Below are positions 31,509 through 41,168 of a DNA stretch of 64,000 bases, piece after piece; the stretch's first letter is position 1, and every line of letters starts with the position of its first letter. The notes below the pieces were generated by a model. The model did no database searches and was not told the origin of the DNA. It saw nothing but the letters and a program-made list of their open reading frames with translations. This stretch comes from Chloroflexota bacterium. GTDB taxonomy: Bacteria > Chloroflexota > Dehalococcoidia > Lucifugimonadales > GCA-002723415. The stretch covers positions 23,991 to 87,990 of the forward strand of contig PBOA01000031.1 of the NCBI GenBank assembly GCA_002723415.1. Reading direction: 5' to 3'. The position numbers and the translations under genes were made by a program.

Positions 31509-31769
31509 ATGTCATTTAAATCTAAAATAAATATTGAAATAAAATATTGTGTGCCTTGAGGCTACCATGCAGTTGCAGCCTGGATGGTTGTAGAATTTTA
31601 TAGTGTTGGAGCAGGTAATATTTCCATTACATTGACTCCTGGAGATTCTGGTGTATTAAAAGTCGTCTTAGATGATCAAGTCATTTATGACAAAAAAGAA
31701 GAAAATGGTGAAACTCCAACTTTGACTCGAATGAAAGAATTGAAAGCAATAGTTAAATCAAAATTATAA
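31509..31769 (+). CDS. Rdx (SelW/SelT/SelH) family selenoprotein, CxxU motif (TGA 31557-31559), 86 aa
   Basis: ATG 31509 reads MSFKSKINIEIKYCVP-TGA-GY, in frame with track ORF 31584-31769. IxYCxxUGY is the Rdx signature, and the C-terminal half fits the family. Confidence 0.92.
31574..31592 (+). promoter_or_regulatory. Candidate bacterial SECIS (Rdx gene)
   Basis: TGCAGCC/GGTTGTA 7-bp stem (two G-U pairs) with loop TGGAT 21 nt after the UGA, G at loop position 2. Confidence 0.55.
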
Positions 31770-31810
31770 GTTTTAAATTTATTTAATCTAAAATATATAG
31801 GAGAATATAT

Positions 31811-34246
31811 TTGGCATCCTCTTTAGATAATCTCTTAGTGCTAGACTTAACTGAAGGAAGGTCAGGTGCATATGCAACTATGTTGTTATCTGATAATGGT
31901 GCAAGAGTTATAAGAATTGATAGTGAGAATTCAATTCACATACGTAAATCTCCAGGCTTTTCTGTATGGGATAGGGGCAAGGAGACTATTATCTTAGATT
32001 ATGAAAATAACTTAATAGATAGAAATAGACTTTATAAACTAATTTCGATTTGTGATGTATTAATAGAAGATTTTGCTTTATCTTCGAACAAACAAAAATT
32101 TATAAACAAAAATATTTTATATACTATAAACCCTAAGCTTATTCATGCTTCTATAACTGTATATGGCAAAAACTCTTTATTAAAAAATGAAAAACCTTTA
32201 GTCGATTTAGTATTAGCTAGATTAGGTGTGCTTGATAGAATTCCTACATTTAGGAATGGACCATCTCATCTTATACATCCATTAGTTGATGTTTGTACAG
32301 GTATATTATCTGCTATAGGGATTGTAAGTTCACTGTTTTCTATGGTAAAAACTGGAAATGGCAGAAAAGTAGAAACTTCTTTAATGTCAGGAGCTTTGAT
32401 GTATCAGCCTAAAGTTAAGAGTGAAGGTTACAGGTTTGGTGTTGATAAAGATGATAGTCCAAAAAAAATTTCTTCACATGTGAGTGGAAAATCATCGACT
32501 GAAACAGATGATAATGGAGATTTTGCTTACCCTAAACCACCCCCATTTGGTGCAGGGCCTTTCTATAGCGTAATGGAATGTGCAGATGGAAATTGGATTC
32601 AACTAGCATGCGTACATGGAGAATTCATAGATCGTGCAGCAGCTGTTATGGATTTAATTGAAGTAATATATCAGCCGAGGTTTGGAGAAGGAAGAGACCC
32701 TAAAACTGAAAAAGATCGTGAAGAGTTATGGGATATAGTAGCTGGAGTAATTAAGACGAAAAATTATTCTGAATGGGCTGAAATATTTGAAGGTATTGAT
32801 GTTCCTTATGCTAAAGTTTGTACCGTACAGGAAGCGATGAATAACCCTCAAGCTATATATAATGAAATGATTCTTGATCTTGAAGACCCTATATTGAACA
32901 CGGTTTCCCAAATGGGTCTACCTATTAAATTGTCTGAAACTCCTGGACATATTAGATTTCCTCGTCACATTTCTGGAGAGGATACTGAAAAAATAATTGA
33001 TGAATTTAATCTTAATGATGGTTTTGATTTCACTGATGTTGAAAATCAGAAAGTAGTTGAAACTGTAATGGAACCACCTTTGAAGGGGATTAAAGTTATT
33101 GAATCAACAAATGTTATTGCTGGTCCATCATTGGGTAGGATTTTGGGTGATTTAGGTGCTGATGTAATTAAAATGGAACCTTTACATGGAGATATATCTA
33201 GGCCAGCTGGCACATTGATGTTTTTATATCTAAATGCTCAAAAACGTTCAATATCATTTAATACTAAAACTGAATCAGGTAAAAAAATAGCATTAGATTT
33301 AGCATCAAGCTCTGATATTTTAGTTGCAAATTTAAGACCAGGTGCAACTGATAGGATGGGACTGTCAACTGAGATGATTAGATCAGTTAATCCTAAGATT
33401 ATTGAAGCTCATGTAACTGCGTTTGGATGGGAAGGTCCATATTCACATAGAGCAGGATTAGATCCTTTGTCTCAAGCATGGATGGGATTGCAACACGCTC
33501 AAGGTGGACCAGAGAATGGGCCAGTCTTTTTAGGAGAACAAGCCCCTACTGATTATACTGGTGGTGCTTTAGGAGTTTTAGGTGCAGTTATAGCTTTATA
33601 TGTTCGTGAAACCAAAGGAATAGTGCAAACGGCTAAAGCTTCTTTATTAGATGCAGGTATATTATTAAGCAGTGAAGAATTCCTAAAATATAAAGGAAAA
33701 AAAATACGTAAATATTCAGATGTTAATCAATATGGAATGTCTTTAATCCATAGAATATATAAAACAAAAGATGGTTGGATATATTTAATAATTAATTCAA
33801 AGGATCAATTGGATTCTTTTTTAAATTATTTGAATATTTCTATTAAAAATCTAGATTATAATGACGAATTTGAAAACATTGAATCTAGTTTGAGTAATTT
33901 AAAATTGGAATTTGAAGAATTTTTTAAAAGTAATAATTCTTCAAATTGTGTTAAGAATTTAAAGGAGTTTGGGGTAAACATTGTTGAAGTATCTTTAAAT
34001 TACAATAAATACTTTTTTGATGATTTTGAAGTTGTTTCAGATGATATTGTGGGAGAATGTTATCATAAAGATTATGGCGATATGAAATATTTAAGAAATT
34101 TAATTAGATTTGAAAATACTAATTATAATAAATTCAAACCTACTCCCAAATTAGGAGAGCATACTAGAGAAATATTAGCTAATTTAAATTATACTAGTAA
34201 ACAGATAGATTTACTTTTTGAAGAAGGAATTGTACATTCAGAATAA
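31811..34246 (+). CDS. Tandem-domain family III CoA-transferase (CaiB/BaiF)
   Basis: Two repeats: LLVLDL..GARVIRI..RGKETI and IKVIE..AGP..LGADVIKME..KRSI. The catalytic-position Asp is present in both (PLVDVCTG, APTDYTGG). Confidence 0.9.
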   Translation: MASSLDNLLVLDLTEGRSGAYATMLLSDNGARVIRIDSENSIHIRKSPGFSVWDRGKETIILDYENNLIDRNRLYKLISICDVLIEDFALSSNKQKFINKNILYTINPKLIHASITVYGKNSLLKNEKPLVDLVLARLGVLDRIPTFRNGPSHLIHPLVDVCTGILSAIGIVSSLFSMVKTGNGRKVETSLMSGALMYQPKVKSEGYRFGVDKDDSPKKISSHVSGKSSTETDDNGDFAYPKPPPFGAGPFYSVMECADGNWIQLACVHGEFIDRAAAVMDLIEVIYQPRFGEGRDPKTEKDREELWDIVAGVIKTKNYSEWAEIFEGIDVPYAKVCTVQEAMNNPQAIYNEMILDLEDPILNTVSQMGLPIKLSETPGHIRFPRHISGEDTEKIIDEFNLNDGFDFTDVENQKVVETVMEPPLKGIKVIESTNVIAGPSLGRILGDLGADVIKMEPLHGDISRPAGTLMFLYLNAQKRSISFNTKTESGKKIALDLASSSDILVANLRPGATDRMGLSTEMIRSVNPKIIEAHVTAFGWEGPYSHRAGLDPLSQAWMGLQHAQGGPENGPVFLGEQAPTDYTGGALGVLGAVIALYVRETKGIVQTAKASLLDAGILLSSEEFLKYKGKKIRKYSDVNQYGMSLIHRIYKTKDGWIYLIINSKDQLDSFLNYLNISIKNLDYNDEFENIESSLSNLKLEFEEFFKSNNSSNCVKNLKEFGVNIVEVSLNYNKYFFDDFEVVSDDIVGECYHKDYGDMKYLRNLIRFENTNYNKFKPTPKLGEHTREILANLNYTSKQIDLLFEEGIVHSE

Positions 34247-34267
34247 CAATTCTTCAGATATTACTTT

Positions 34268-37093
34268 ATGTATAAAGATTATAATTTAAAACTCCAATTG
34301 AGTTCTAAGTCATCTAACTCTATGCGTTTTATTTTAGTATTTTTTTCATTTATATTAGCAGTAATTTTTCAAATTTTGATTATTAATGAAAAGTATATAT
34401 GGTCTATAACTCCTTTATGCGTATCTTTTATATCTATGTTTGTTGCAGTAAGGAGTGCTAAAAATTTTATTTTTCAAAATGATTTATCTTCTCCCTGTCG
34501 AAATTCTGAATTTATTTTCAAATGGACTAATAAGAGAATAAATTTTTTAATTTTTAGTTTTATAATGTGTATTAGTTCATGTTTGTTATTTAGAAATAAT
34601 GAGTATAATCATTTTGCTTTATTATTTTTTTTATTTTCAATAATTAGTTTTTATTCATTATTTGGAATTGAAAAATTAAAATTATTAGTAAATTATAAGA
34701 GTCTTAATGTTAAAAATATTAACATTTCTTTTATATGGGTTTTATTAATTTTAATTTTAATTTTAGCTTTTACTATAAGAATATATAATATTAATACACT
34801 ACCCAAAGGTTTATGGTATGAAGAAGCAGTTATTATTTGGGAAGCAAAATCTTTAATAGGTAATTTAAATAGAATATTAGAATATTCAGAATATATGAAT
34901 ATTTCTAATTTATATTTACTTCCTACATCATTTCTAATAGAACTATTTGATACGTCTGTATCTATAGGAAGAATACAGAGTATTTTTATATCATTGATAT
35001 CAATAATATTTATGTTCTTATTTGTAAGGCTTATTTTTGGGAATAAGATAGCATTAATGTCAAGTTTATTGATTGCTACAATGAGGTGGGAGTTAATATG
35101 GAGTAGAATCAGTTTACCTGTAATTATTTTGCCTTTATTACTTCTTTTAGCTTCTTGGATGTTATTTAGAACTTTAAAAAATAATAAGCCATTAGATTAT
35201 TCAGTTTTAGGAGGGGTGTTAGGTTTAGGTGTTTGGTTCAATTTCTCTTTTTGTATTTTCTCGATTGCTATTTTTTTATATTTATTTATTTATTCTCGAC
35301 AATTATTAGATTTTAAATGGTATAAATATTTGGAAAAAGTAATGTTTGTTTTTTTTGGTTTCTTAATAATTTCTGCACCAGAAATACTGAATACGTTTGT
35401 AAGTGGTAAGGGAATTTTAATTAATATTACAAATGATTATAAGTTTAATAATTTTGATATTTATGAAGTCATATATCAAATTATGAGGAATATTTTTGAC
35501 TATTTAACAATGTTTAATTACTTAGGAGATTCTAATCCTCGGCATAATATACCAAATTCCCCTATGTTAGATTTTGCTTCAGGGGTGTTTTTAATAATGG
35601 GTTTATCAGTTTGCTTAGCTAATTATAAAGATATACGTTTTAAATTTCTACTTATTTGGTTATTTGTCATGTTACTACCTGGTATCTTGGACATTTCAGG
35701 GGATACACCAAATTCTATGAAAACTATAGGAGTTATTCCTCCGATAATAATTATTATTACATTAGGAATACATACGTTTTGGATATTTAGTAGTATAGTC
35801 CCATGGAAATTTATAAGAAGAAAAATAAATTACCTTTTTGGATTGGTTGTTATTTTTATTATATTTTCAAATATGTATTCTTATTTTTATAGATACGCTA
35901 ATAATGATGATGTTTATTCTGCATTTTCTACCGATCATACATTAATTGCTCAAGATATTATAAATAAAAGGAAAGATGGTTTTGATATTATAGGTTCGAG
36001 ACACTTTTATGGATCTTTAACTTTAAATGTACTTACAAACGATGAGGAATTTCAAGTAATTTTTCCTGATGAATTGCCAATTTCACCTAATCTTATTAAA
36101 CATGGCATAGTAATATATTTAGAACCACGAGATAAAGGGGTCTATGATTTATTAAAACTATATTATCCTACAGGACAATACTCAAGAATTACTTCCCCTA
36201 ACGGAAAAAATTTACTTTACTATCAAGTAGTTTTAAATAAAGAGGATTTAAATTTACCTAGTGGATTAAATGCCAAATATATTTATGCTAATAAAGAAGA
36301 AAAATATGAAACCCTTACAGTTAGCCAAAAGAATTGGAATATTGAAGAAAACAAAAATAATCTTCCTAGTAGTTTTTCTTGGAAAGGTGCAATTTATATA
36401 AACAAACCAGGGTTATATAAATTTTACTTGGATTCAAAAGATAATGCAACGATGTATTTTGACGGTAGACCTATTTTAAATAAAAATAAAAAATCAATAG
36501 ATCTATACCCAGCACTTGGCATACATGAAATTTTGATTGAAGGAAAGGACATAGATCATAATTATTTTACAGCTTTATATTGGAAGCCCCCAGGTAAAGA
36601 TTTTGAATTGATAGGCAATAATAACTTGTACAAAGACCCTATAAAATCGTATGGGTATTTATTATCTTTGACTTCTATTGAATCTGATTTAGTAGAAAAT
36701 GAGGATGATTATAATTCTTCTATAATAAATTCTTCTGAGCCATTTTGGTATGAAAGTAAATTACAAGAACCTAATATTTCTATATTTGAAGCATACATAA
36801 ATATTTCAGTTGATAGTAATTATATATTTAAAATTGATTCTGAAGCTGACGTAGTTTTTAATTTAGACTTTAATGATTTAGATGTTAGAACCGCTTCAAA
36901 TTCAAGTGTAGAATACCAACCTATATATTTAAATAAGGGCAAACATAGAATTCAAATTAAATTTAAAAATTTGTTCAATTTAAAATCTTCTATGATGAAA
37001 ATATTATGGTCGCAAAATAATAAAAGTTTTGAGGTAATCCCTGTTGATTTATTGACTCCAATTCCAGATAAAATGTTTAAAGTTAAGCCGTAA
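34268..37093 (+). CDS. GT39/ArnT-like GT-C glycosyltransferase with C-terminal PA14-like domains
   Basis: Polytopic core (LPKGLWYEEA, WSRIS, DSNPRHN) followed by two soluble beta-rich repeats (WKGAIYI..G.Y.F; L..G.H.I.I). Confidence 0.75.
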   Translation: MYKDYNLKLQLSSKSSNSMRFILVFFSFILAVIFQILIINEKYIWSITPLCVSFISMFVAVRSAKNFIFQNDLSSPCRNSEFIFKWTNKRINFLIFSFIMCISSCLLFRNNEYNHFALLFFLFSIISFYSLFGIEKLKLLVNYKSLNVKNINISFIWVLLILILILAFTIRIYNINTLPKGLWYEEAVIIWEAKSLIGNLNRILEYSEYMNISNLYLLPTSFLIELFDTSVSIGRIQSIFISLISIIFMFLFVRLIFGNKIALMSSLLIATMRWELIWSRISLPVIILPLLLLLASWMLFRTLKNNKPLDYSVLGGVLGLGVWFNFSFCIFSIAIFLYLFIYSRQLLDFKWYKYLEKVMFVFFGFLIISAPEILNTFVSGKGILINITNDYKFNNFDIYEVIYQIMRNIFDYLTMFNYLGDSNPRHNIPNSPMLDFASGVFLIMGLSVCLANYKDIRFKFLLIWLFVMLLPGILDISGDTPNSMKTIGVIPPIIIIITLGIHTFWIFSSIVPWKFIRRKINYLFGLVVIFIIFSNMYSYFYRYANNDDVYSAFSTDHTLIAQDIINKRKDGFDIIGSRHFYGSLTLNVLTNDEEFQVIFPDELPISPNLIKHGIVIYLEPRDKGVYDLLKLYYPTGQYSRITSPNGKNLLYYQVVLNKEDLNLPSGLNAKYIYANKEEKYETLTVSQKNWNIEENKNNLPSSFSWKGAIYINKPGLYKFYLDSKDNATMYFDGRPILNKNKKSIDLYPALGIHEILIEGKDIDHNYFTALYWKPPGKDFELIGNNNLYKDPIKSYGYLLSLTSIESDLVENEDDYNSSIINSSEPFWYESKLQEPNISIFEAYINISVDSNYIFKIDSEADVVFNLDFNDLDVRTASNSSVEYQPIYLNKGKHRIQIKFKNLFNLKSSMMKILWSQNNKSFEVIPVDLLTPIPDKMFKVKP

Positions 37094-37468
37094 CTATGAA
37101 TTAGGTCTTGAGCCTTCTAAATAATGAGTGTGATCAAAAGGATTTTGTATAGGAAAGAAAGTCAAAATTTTTGCTTTAGTTTTTCCTATGTTTTTAAACC
37201 CATGTGCTGTGTCTGGAGGTATTACGAGGGTATGGTCTTTTCCTACTATTTGAGTTGAGTCTCCTAGTTGTGCTTCAATTTCTCCTTCTAAAACTACAAT
37301 TAGTTCGTCACTTTCATGTTTATGAAGTGGTGCTCCAGTACCTATTCCTACTTCACTGTAAGATAAATCGCTACTGGTGGTACCGTCGTTTTCTTGAGTA
37401 ATGTTCCATTTTCTGTAATTTGGTCTCCAAGGACTTTCAGGAATTTTATTATGATTTATTATTGGCAT
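37094..37468 (-). CDS. Cupin domain protein
   Basis: PLHKH.SDE and IPPDTAHGF cupin motifs; start at the ATG after GGAG. Confidence 0.9.
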   Translation of the reverse strand: MPIINHNKIPESPWRPNYRKWNITQENDGTTSSDLSYSEVGIGTGAPLHKHESDELIVVLEGEIEAQLGDSTQIVGKDHTLVIPPDTAHGFKNIGKTKAKILTFFPIQNPFDHTHYLEGSRPNS

Positions 37469-37608
37469 TATTAATCTCCAATTTGTATTCAAATATATAT
37501 GTTTTTAATTAGTATTATAATACATTTTTTATCTTCAATTTATATAGATATTTATTACTAATATAGTTTAGAATGATTTAAAAATTTAAATGTTTATTTG
37601 GAGTAGCT

Positions 37609-39180
37609 ATGTTTGACCTAATAATATCTAACGGTACAATAATTGATGGTAGCGATTCGCCTTCGTTTAATGCAGATATTGGAATTGTTTCTGACAGAAT
37701 TAAATCAATTGGAGATTTATCTGGTTATGAACGTAAGAAAAATATCGATGCAAAAGGGTTTATTGTATCTCCTGGATTTATTGATACTCATGCTCATTCT
37801 GATGGTGTTTTATTAATTGACCCTCAACATGCTAATGGAATCAGGCAAGGAATTACTACTGAAATATTAGGGCAAGATGGTTTATCTTATGCTCCTTTAT
37901 CTAAAGAGAATTATAAAATTTATAGAAAATATCTTTCAGGTATATTAGGTGAGCCTCCGGAAGATTTAGATATGAGCAGTATTAAAAAATTTCGTTCACA
38001 TTATAATGAGAAAGTTTCTATTAATACAGCTTATCCTATTGCTCATGGTGCATTACGTTTAGAAGTTTTAGGTTTTAGAGATTTACCTATGCGTGGTAAA
38101 TACTTAGATAAAGCTAAGGACCTAATAGTTCAAGGTATGTCTGATGGAGCAATAGGTTTAGCAACAGGGCTTTCATATCATCCTCAAGCATGGAGTGATA
38201 CTGAAGAATTAATAGAATTATGTAAAGTGGTTAAAGAATATGGAGGTGTGTATATTACACATTTAAGAGATGTAAATATTGACAGATCGTATGGAGGGGG
38301 AAATGTGGCTGAAGCTTTAGAAATTGGTAGGAGGTCTGGAGTTAAAGTTCATTTTTCTCATTTTAGAACAGCTCCTAACAACCCAGGTAAAACAGATGAA
38401 ATTCTTGATCCAATAGATAAAGCTAAGAAAGAAGGAATAGATATAACTTTAGAACTTTACCCCTATCCTACTGGTAGTACTTTTCCTATGAGTTTTCTTC
38501 CTAGTCCTGATCATTCAGGAGGAATAGATGAAATGAAAAAATTGTTAAATGAACAGAATAGTAGGAATAGAATTATAAATTATTTAAATGATAAGCCATT
38601 ATCTGATGCAGTATTAACTTATGTTCCAAAAAATATCTCATATGAAGGGATGACAATTTTAGATATTTCTCGAAGTAGAAAATTGTCTTTAGGGGAGACA
38701 TTAGTCGAATTATTAGATGAATGTGATATGCAAATTGGTTATTTGGGCGCTCCTCCTCAAAATATTAAAGTTTGGAATCAATTAAGTAGAGATGCTTTAA
38801 AATTGCTGTCTAGGCCAGATTATATGATTGGTAGTGATGCTATACCATTAGGTAGTATGCCTCACCCTAGAGCATATGGGACATTTCCAAGATTTTTGGG
38901 AAGGTTTAGGCGTAATTTTGGTGGAGTTAAACTTGAGACTCTTATCCAGCGAGTTACGCAAAACCCAGCTGATAGATTTGGTTTAAAAAATAGAGGCTTG
39001 ATTAAAGAAGGGTATTTTGCTGATATAACAATATTTGATTCAGAAAAATTTATTGATAATTCAACTTACGATGATCCAAAACAATTTCCTTCCGGTATAC
39101 CATTTGTTATAGTTAATGGCCAAATAGCTGTTGATCAAGAAGTATGTACGGGCATATTTGCTGGTAGAGCTATACCTTAA
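37609..39180 (+). CDS. N-acyl-D-amino-acid deacylase family amidohydrolase
   Basis: PGFIDTHAHSD, GQDGLS, YITHLR, GSDA and PHPRAYGTFPR. Confidence 0.9.
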   Translation: MFDLIISNGTIIDGSDSPSFNADIGIVSDRIKSIGDLSGYERKKNIDAKGFIVSPGFIDTHAHSDGVLLIDPQHANGIRQGITTEILGQDGLSYAPLSKENYKIYRKYLSGILGEPPEDLDMSSIKKFRSHYNEKVSINTAYPIAHGALRLEVLGFRDLPMRGKYLDKAKDLIVQGMSDGAIGLATGLSYHPQAWSDTEELIELCKVVKEYGGVYITHLRDVNIDRSYGGGNVAEALEIGRRSGVKVHFSHFRTAPNNPGKTDEILDPIDKAKKEGIDITLELYPYPTGSTFPMSFLPSPDHSGGIDEMKKLLNEQNSRNRIINYLNDKPLSDAVLTYVPKNISYEGMTILDISRSRKLSLGETLVELLDECDMQIGYLGAPPQNIKVWNQLSRDALKLLSRPDYMIGSDAIPLGSMPHPRAYGTFPRFLGRFRRNFGGVKLETLIQRVTQNPADRFGLKNRGLIKEGYFADITIFDSEKFIDNSTYDDPKQFPSGIPFVIVNGQIAVDQEVCTGIFAGRAIP

Positions 39181-39226
39181 ATAAATTTTGTAAATATAAA
39201 CTTTTTAAAAAATAATAGGTAGTATT

Positions 39227-39967
39227 TTGGACATAAATTTTATTAATATTATTCTTGCCCATTTAGCATTATTTTTAGCTTCAATTATATATACAATTAG
39301 TGGATTTGGTCTTGGTTTAATCAGTATACCTATATTAATTAATTTTTTTGACACAAAATCTGTAGTTATATTGATTAATATTACTACTATATATTTAGCA
39401 TTATTAATAATAAGGACTACTCATGAAATAGTGGACAGTAAAGAAATTATTCCAATTTTAATTTTTGGAATATTAGGTGTGCCATTTGGAATATTTTTAA
39501 TTACATCTATTGATGTTGAACCTTTAAAAGTAAGTGTTTTATTAGCAATTATTATTATATCTGTTATAGGGTTTTTTCAAATTGGAAATGAGCAATTTGC
39601 AAGTAAATATTTTCGTTATCCAACATCATTTGTTACTACTATTTTAATTACTACTTTAGGGCTTGGTACTCCCTTATTAGTAATAGTTTTAAATAAAACA
39701 GGTCTTAAAAAAAATGTTCTACGTAAATTTTTAGCTATATTTGGATTATCAATACAATTCATTGCATTATTTGGATATATTATTACTGGTTTAATTACAG
39801 TTGGTTTATTTATTTTGCTATTATCAATTTTGCCTACTATTTATATTGGTTTTAAGGTGGGGAATAAAATTAATTTAAAGTTAAATAATATTATTTTTGA
39901 AAGATTTATTTATTCTTTTATTTTAATTTCATCGATATTCATGTTAGTTGATATATTATTGATTTAG
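39227..39967 (+). CDS. TauE/SafE family exporter
   Basis: SGFGLGLISIP repeat and about 8 TM helices. Confidence 0.8.
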   Translation: MDINFINIILAHLALFLASIIYTISGFGLGLISIPILINFFDTKSVVILINITTIYLALLIIRTTHEIVDSKEIIPILIFGILGVPFGIFLITSIDVEPLKVSVLLAIIIISVIGFFQIGNEQFASKYFRYPTSFVTTILITTLGLGTPLLVIVLNKTGLKKNVLRKFLAIFGLSIQFIALFGYIITGLITVGLFILLLSILPTIYIGFKVGNKINLKLNNIIFERFIYSFILISSIFMLVDILLI

Positions 39968-39984
39968 ATATAAAGGAGATTATC

Positions 39985-41124
39985 ATGAAAATTACTAAAA
40001 TTGAACCATTATTAATAGATAGGTATTTATTTGTAAAAATTTATACTGATGAAGGAATTACTGGTTTAGGAGAATCAGGGGCCTGGGGCTTTTTAGAAGC
40101 TTCTAAGTCTGCTATAGATCAATTAGGTCGATATTTAGTAGGTAAAAATCCATTAGATATTGAGTTTCATTGGCAATATATGTATAGGTATAGTCATTTC
40201 AGAGGTGCGGCTATAATGGGAGCTATAAGTGCATTGGATATAGCTTTATGGGATATAGCTGGAAAATTTTTCGATGTTCCAACTTATCAATTATTAGGTG
40301 GGAAAACTCGTGATAAAGCTAGAGTTTATTTTCATGTATTTGGTAATACTAAGCAAAAATTAATTGATGGGATTATTGATGCCAAAAAACAAGGCTTCAC
40401 AGCTGTTGGTCATTTAACTCCTTTTCTAGATGAAGCTCGTGATATTCCTTATTTTAAGACTCATGCTGATATGATTAATGATGCAATAGACACTGTTGGA
40501 TCATATAGAAATGCTGTTGGAAACAGTGTAGATTTATGTATAGAAATACATAGGAGATTAACTCCTGCTCAGGCTGTTGTATTAGCTAGAGGTATTGAAC
40601 AATTCCATCCTCTTTTTTATGAAGATCCTATTTTACCAGATAATTTTGATTCTATGGGATTGGTTTCTGAGCGTATATCTATACCTATAGCTACAGGAGA
40701 AAGGTTCCATTCTATACATGAATTTGATATGTTGCTTAAACGTGGTGCAGTACAGTATGTCAGGCCTGATGTTTGTTTAGCTGGAGGTATTACTCATAGC
40801 AAGAAAATAGCTGCTTTAGCAGAAGCTAGTTATGTGAATGTAGTTCCACATAATCCATTAAGTCCAGTTAGTACAGCAGCATGTATTCAGCTCGCTGCAT
40901 GTATACCTAATTTTGAAATTCAAGAATTACCTATTGGAGAAAATATTCCCCCTAAATCTGAAATTGTAAAATCTAACTTATTAGTAGAAAATGGATTTAT
41001 TATTATTCCTGATTCACCAGGAATTGGTGTAGAATTGTATGAAGATGCAGCGGAAAAGTATCCTCCAAATATTCGAAAAGTAGAAACTAGGTTAAATTCC
41101 GATGGATCTATTAAAGATCAATAA
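39985..41124 (+). CDS. Enolase-superfamily acid-sugar dehydratase (mandelate racemase subgroup, DgoD-like)
   Basis: DIALWDIAGK, EIHRR, YEDP, ATGER, RPD and PHNP. Confidence 0.88.
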   Translation: MKITKIEPLLIDRYLFVKIYTDEGITGLGESGAWGFLEASKSAIDQLGRYLVGKNPLDIEFHWQYMYRYSHFRGAAIMGAISALDIALWDIAGKFFDVPTYQLLGGKTRDKARVYFHVFGNTKQKLIDGIIDAKKQGFTAVGHLTPFLDEARDIPYFKTHADMINDAIDTVGSYRNAVGNSVDLCIEIHRRLTPAQAVVLARGIEQFHPLFYEDPILPDNFDSMGLVSERISIPIATGERFHSIHEFDMLLKRGAVQYVRPDVCLAGGITHSKKIAALAEASYVNVVPHNPLSPVSTAACIQLAACIPNFEIQELPIGENIPPKSEIVKSNLLVENGFIIIPDSPGIGVELYEDAAEKYPPNIRKVETRLNSDGSIKDQ

Positions 41125-41168
41125 TATATAATTATAAATTAAACAATTAGATCTTGGAGGAGAAATCT

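Noticed and set aside
17271-31559. UGA reassignment to Trp/Gly (code 4/25)
   Set aside because: TGA terminates fpr, folE, lysE and ctaD at the expected lengths, and conserved Trp positions I checked use TGG.
41125-41168. T-box upstream of thrS
   Set aside because: The spacer is only about 44 nt, with no T-box consensus.
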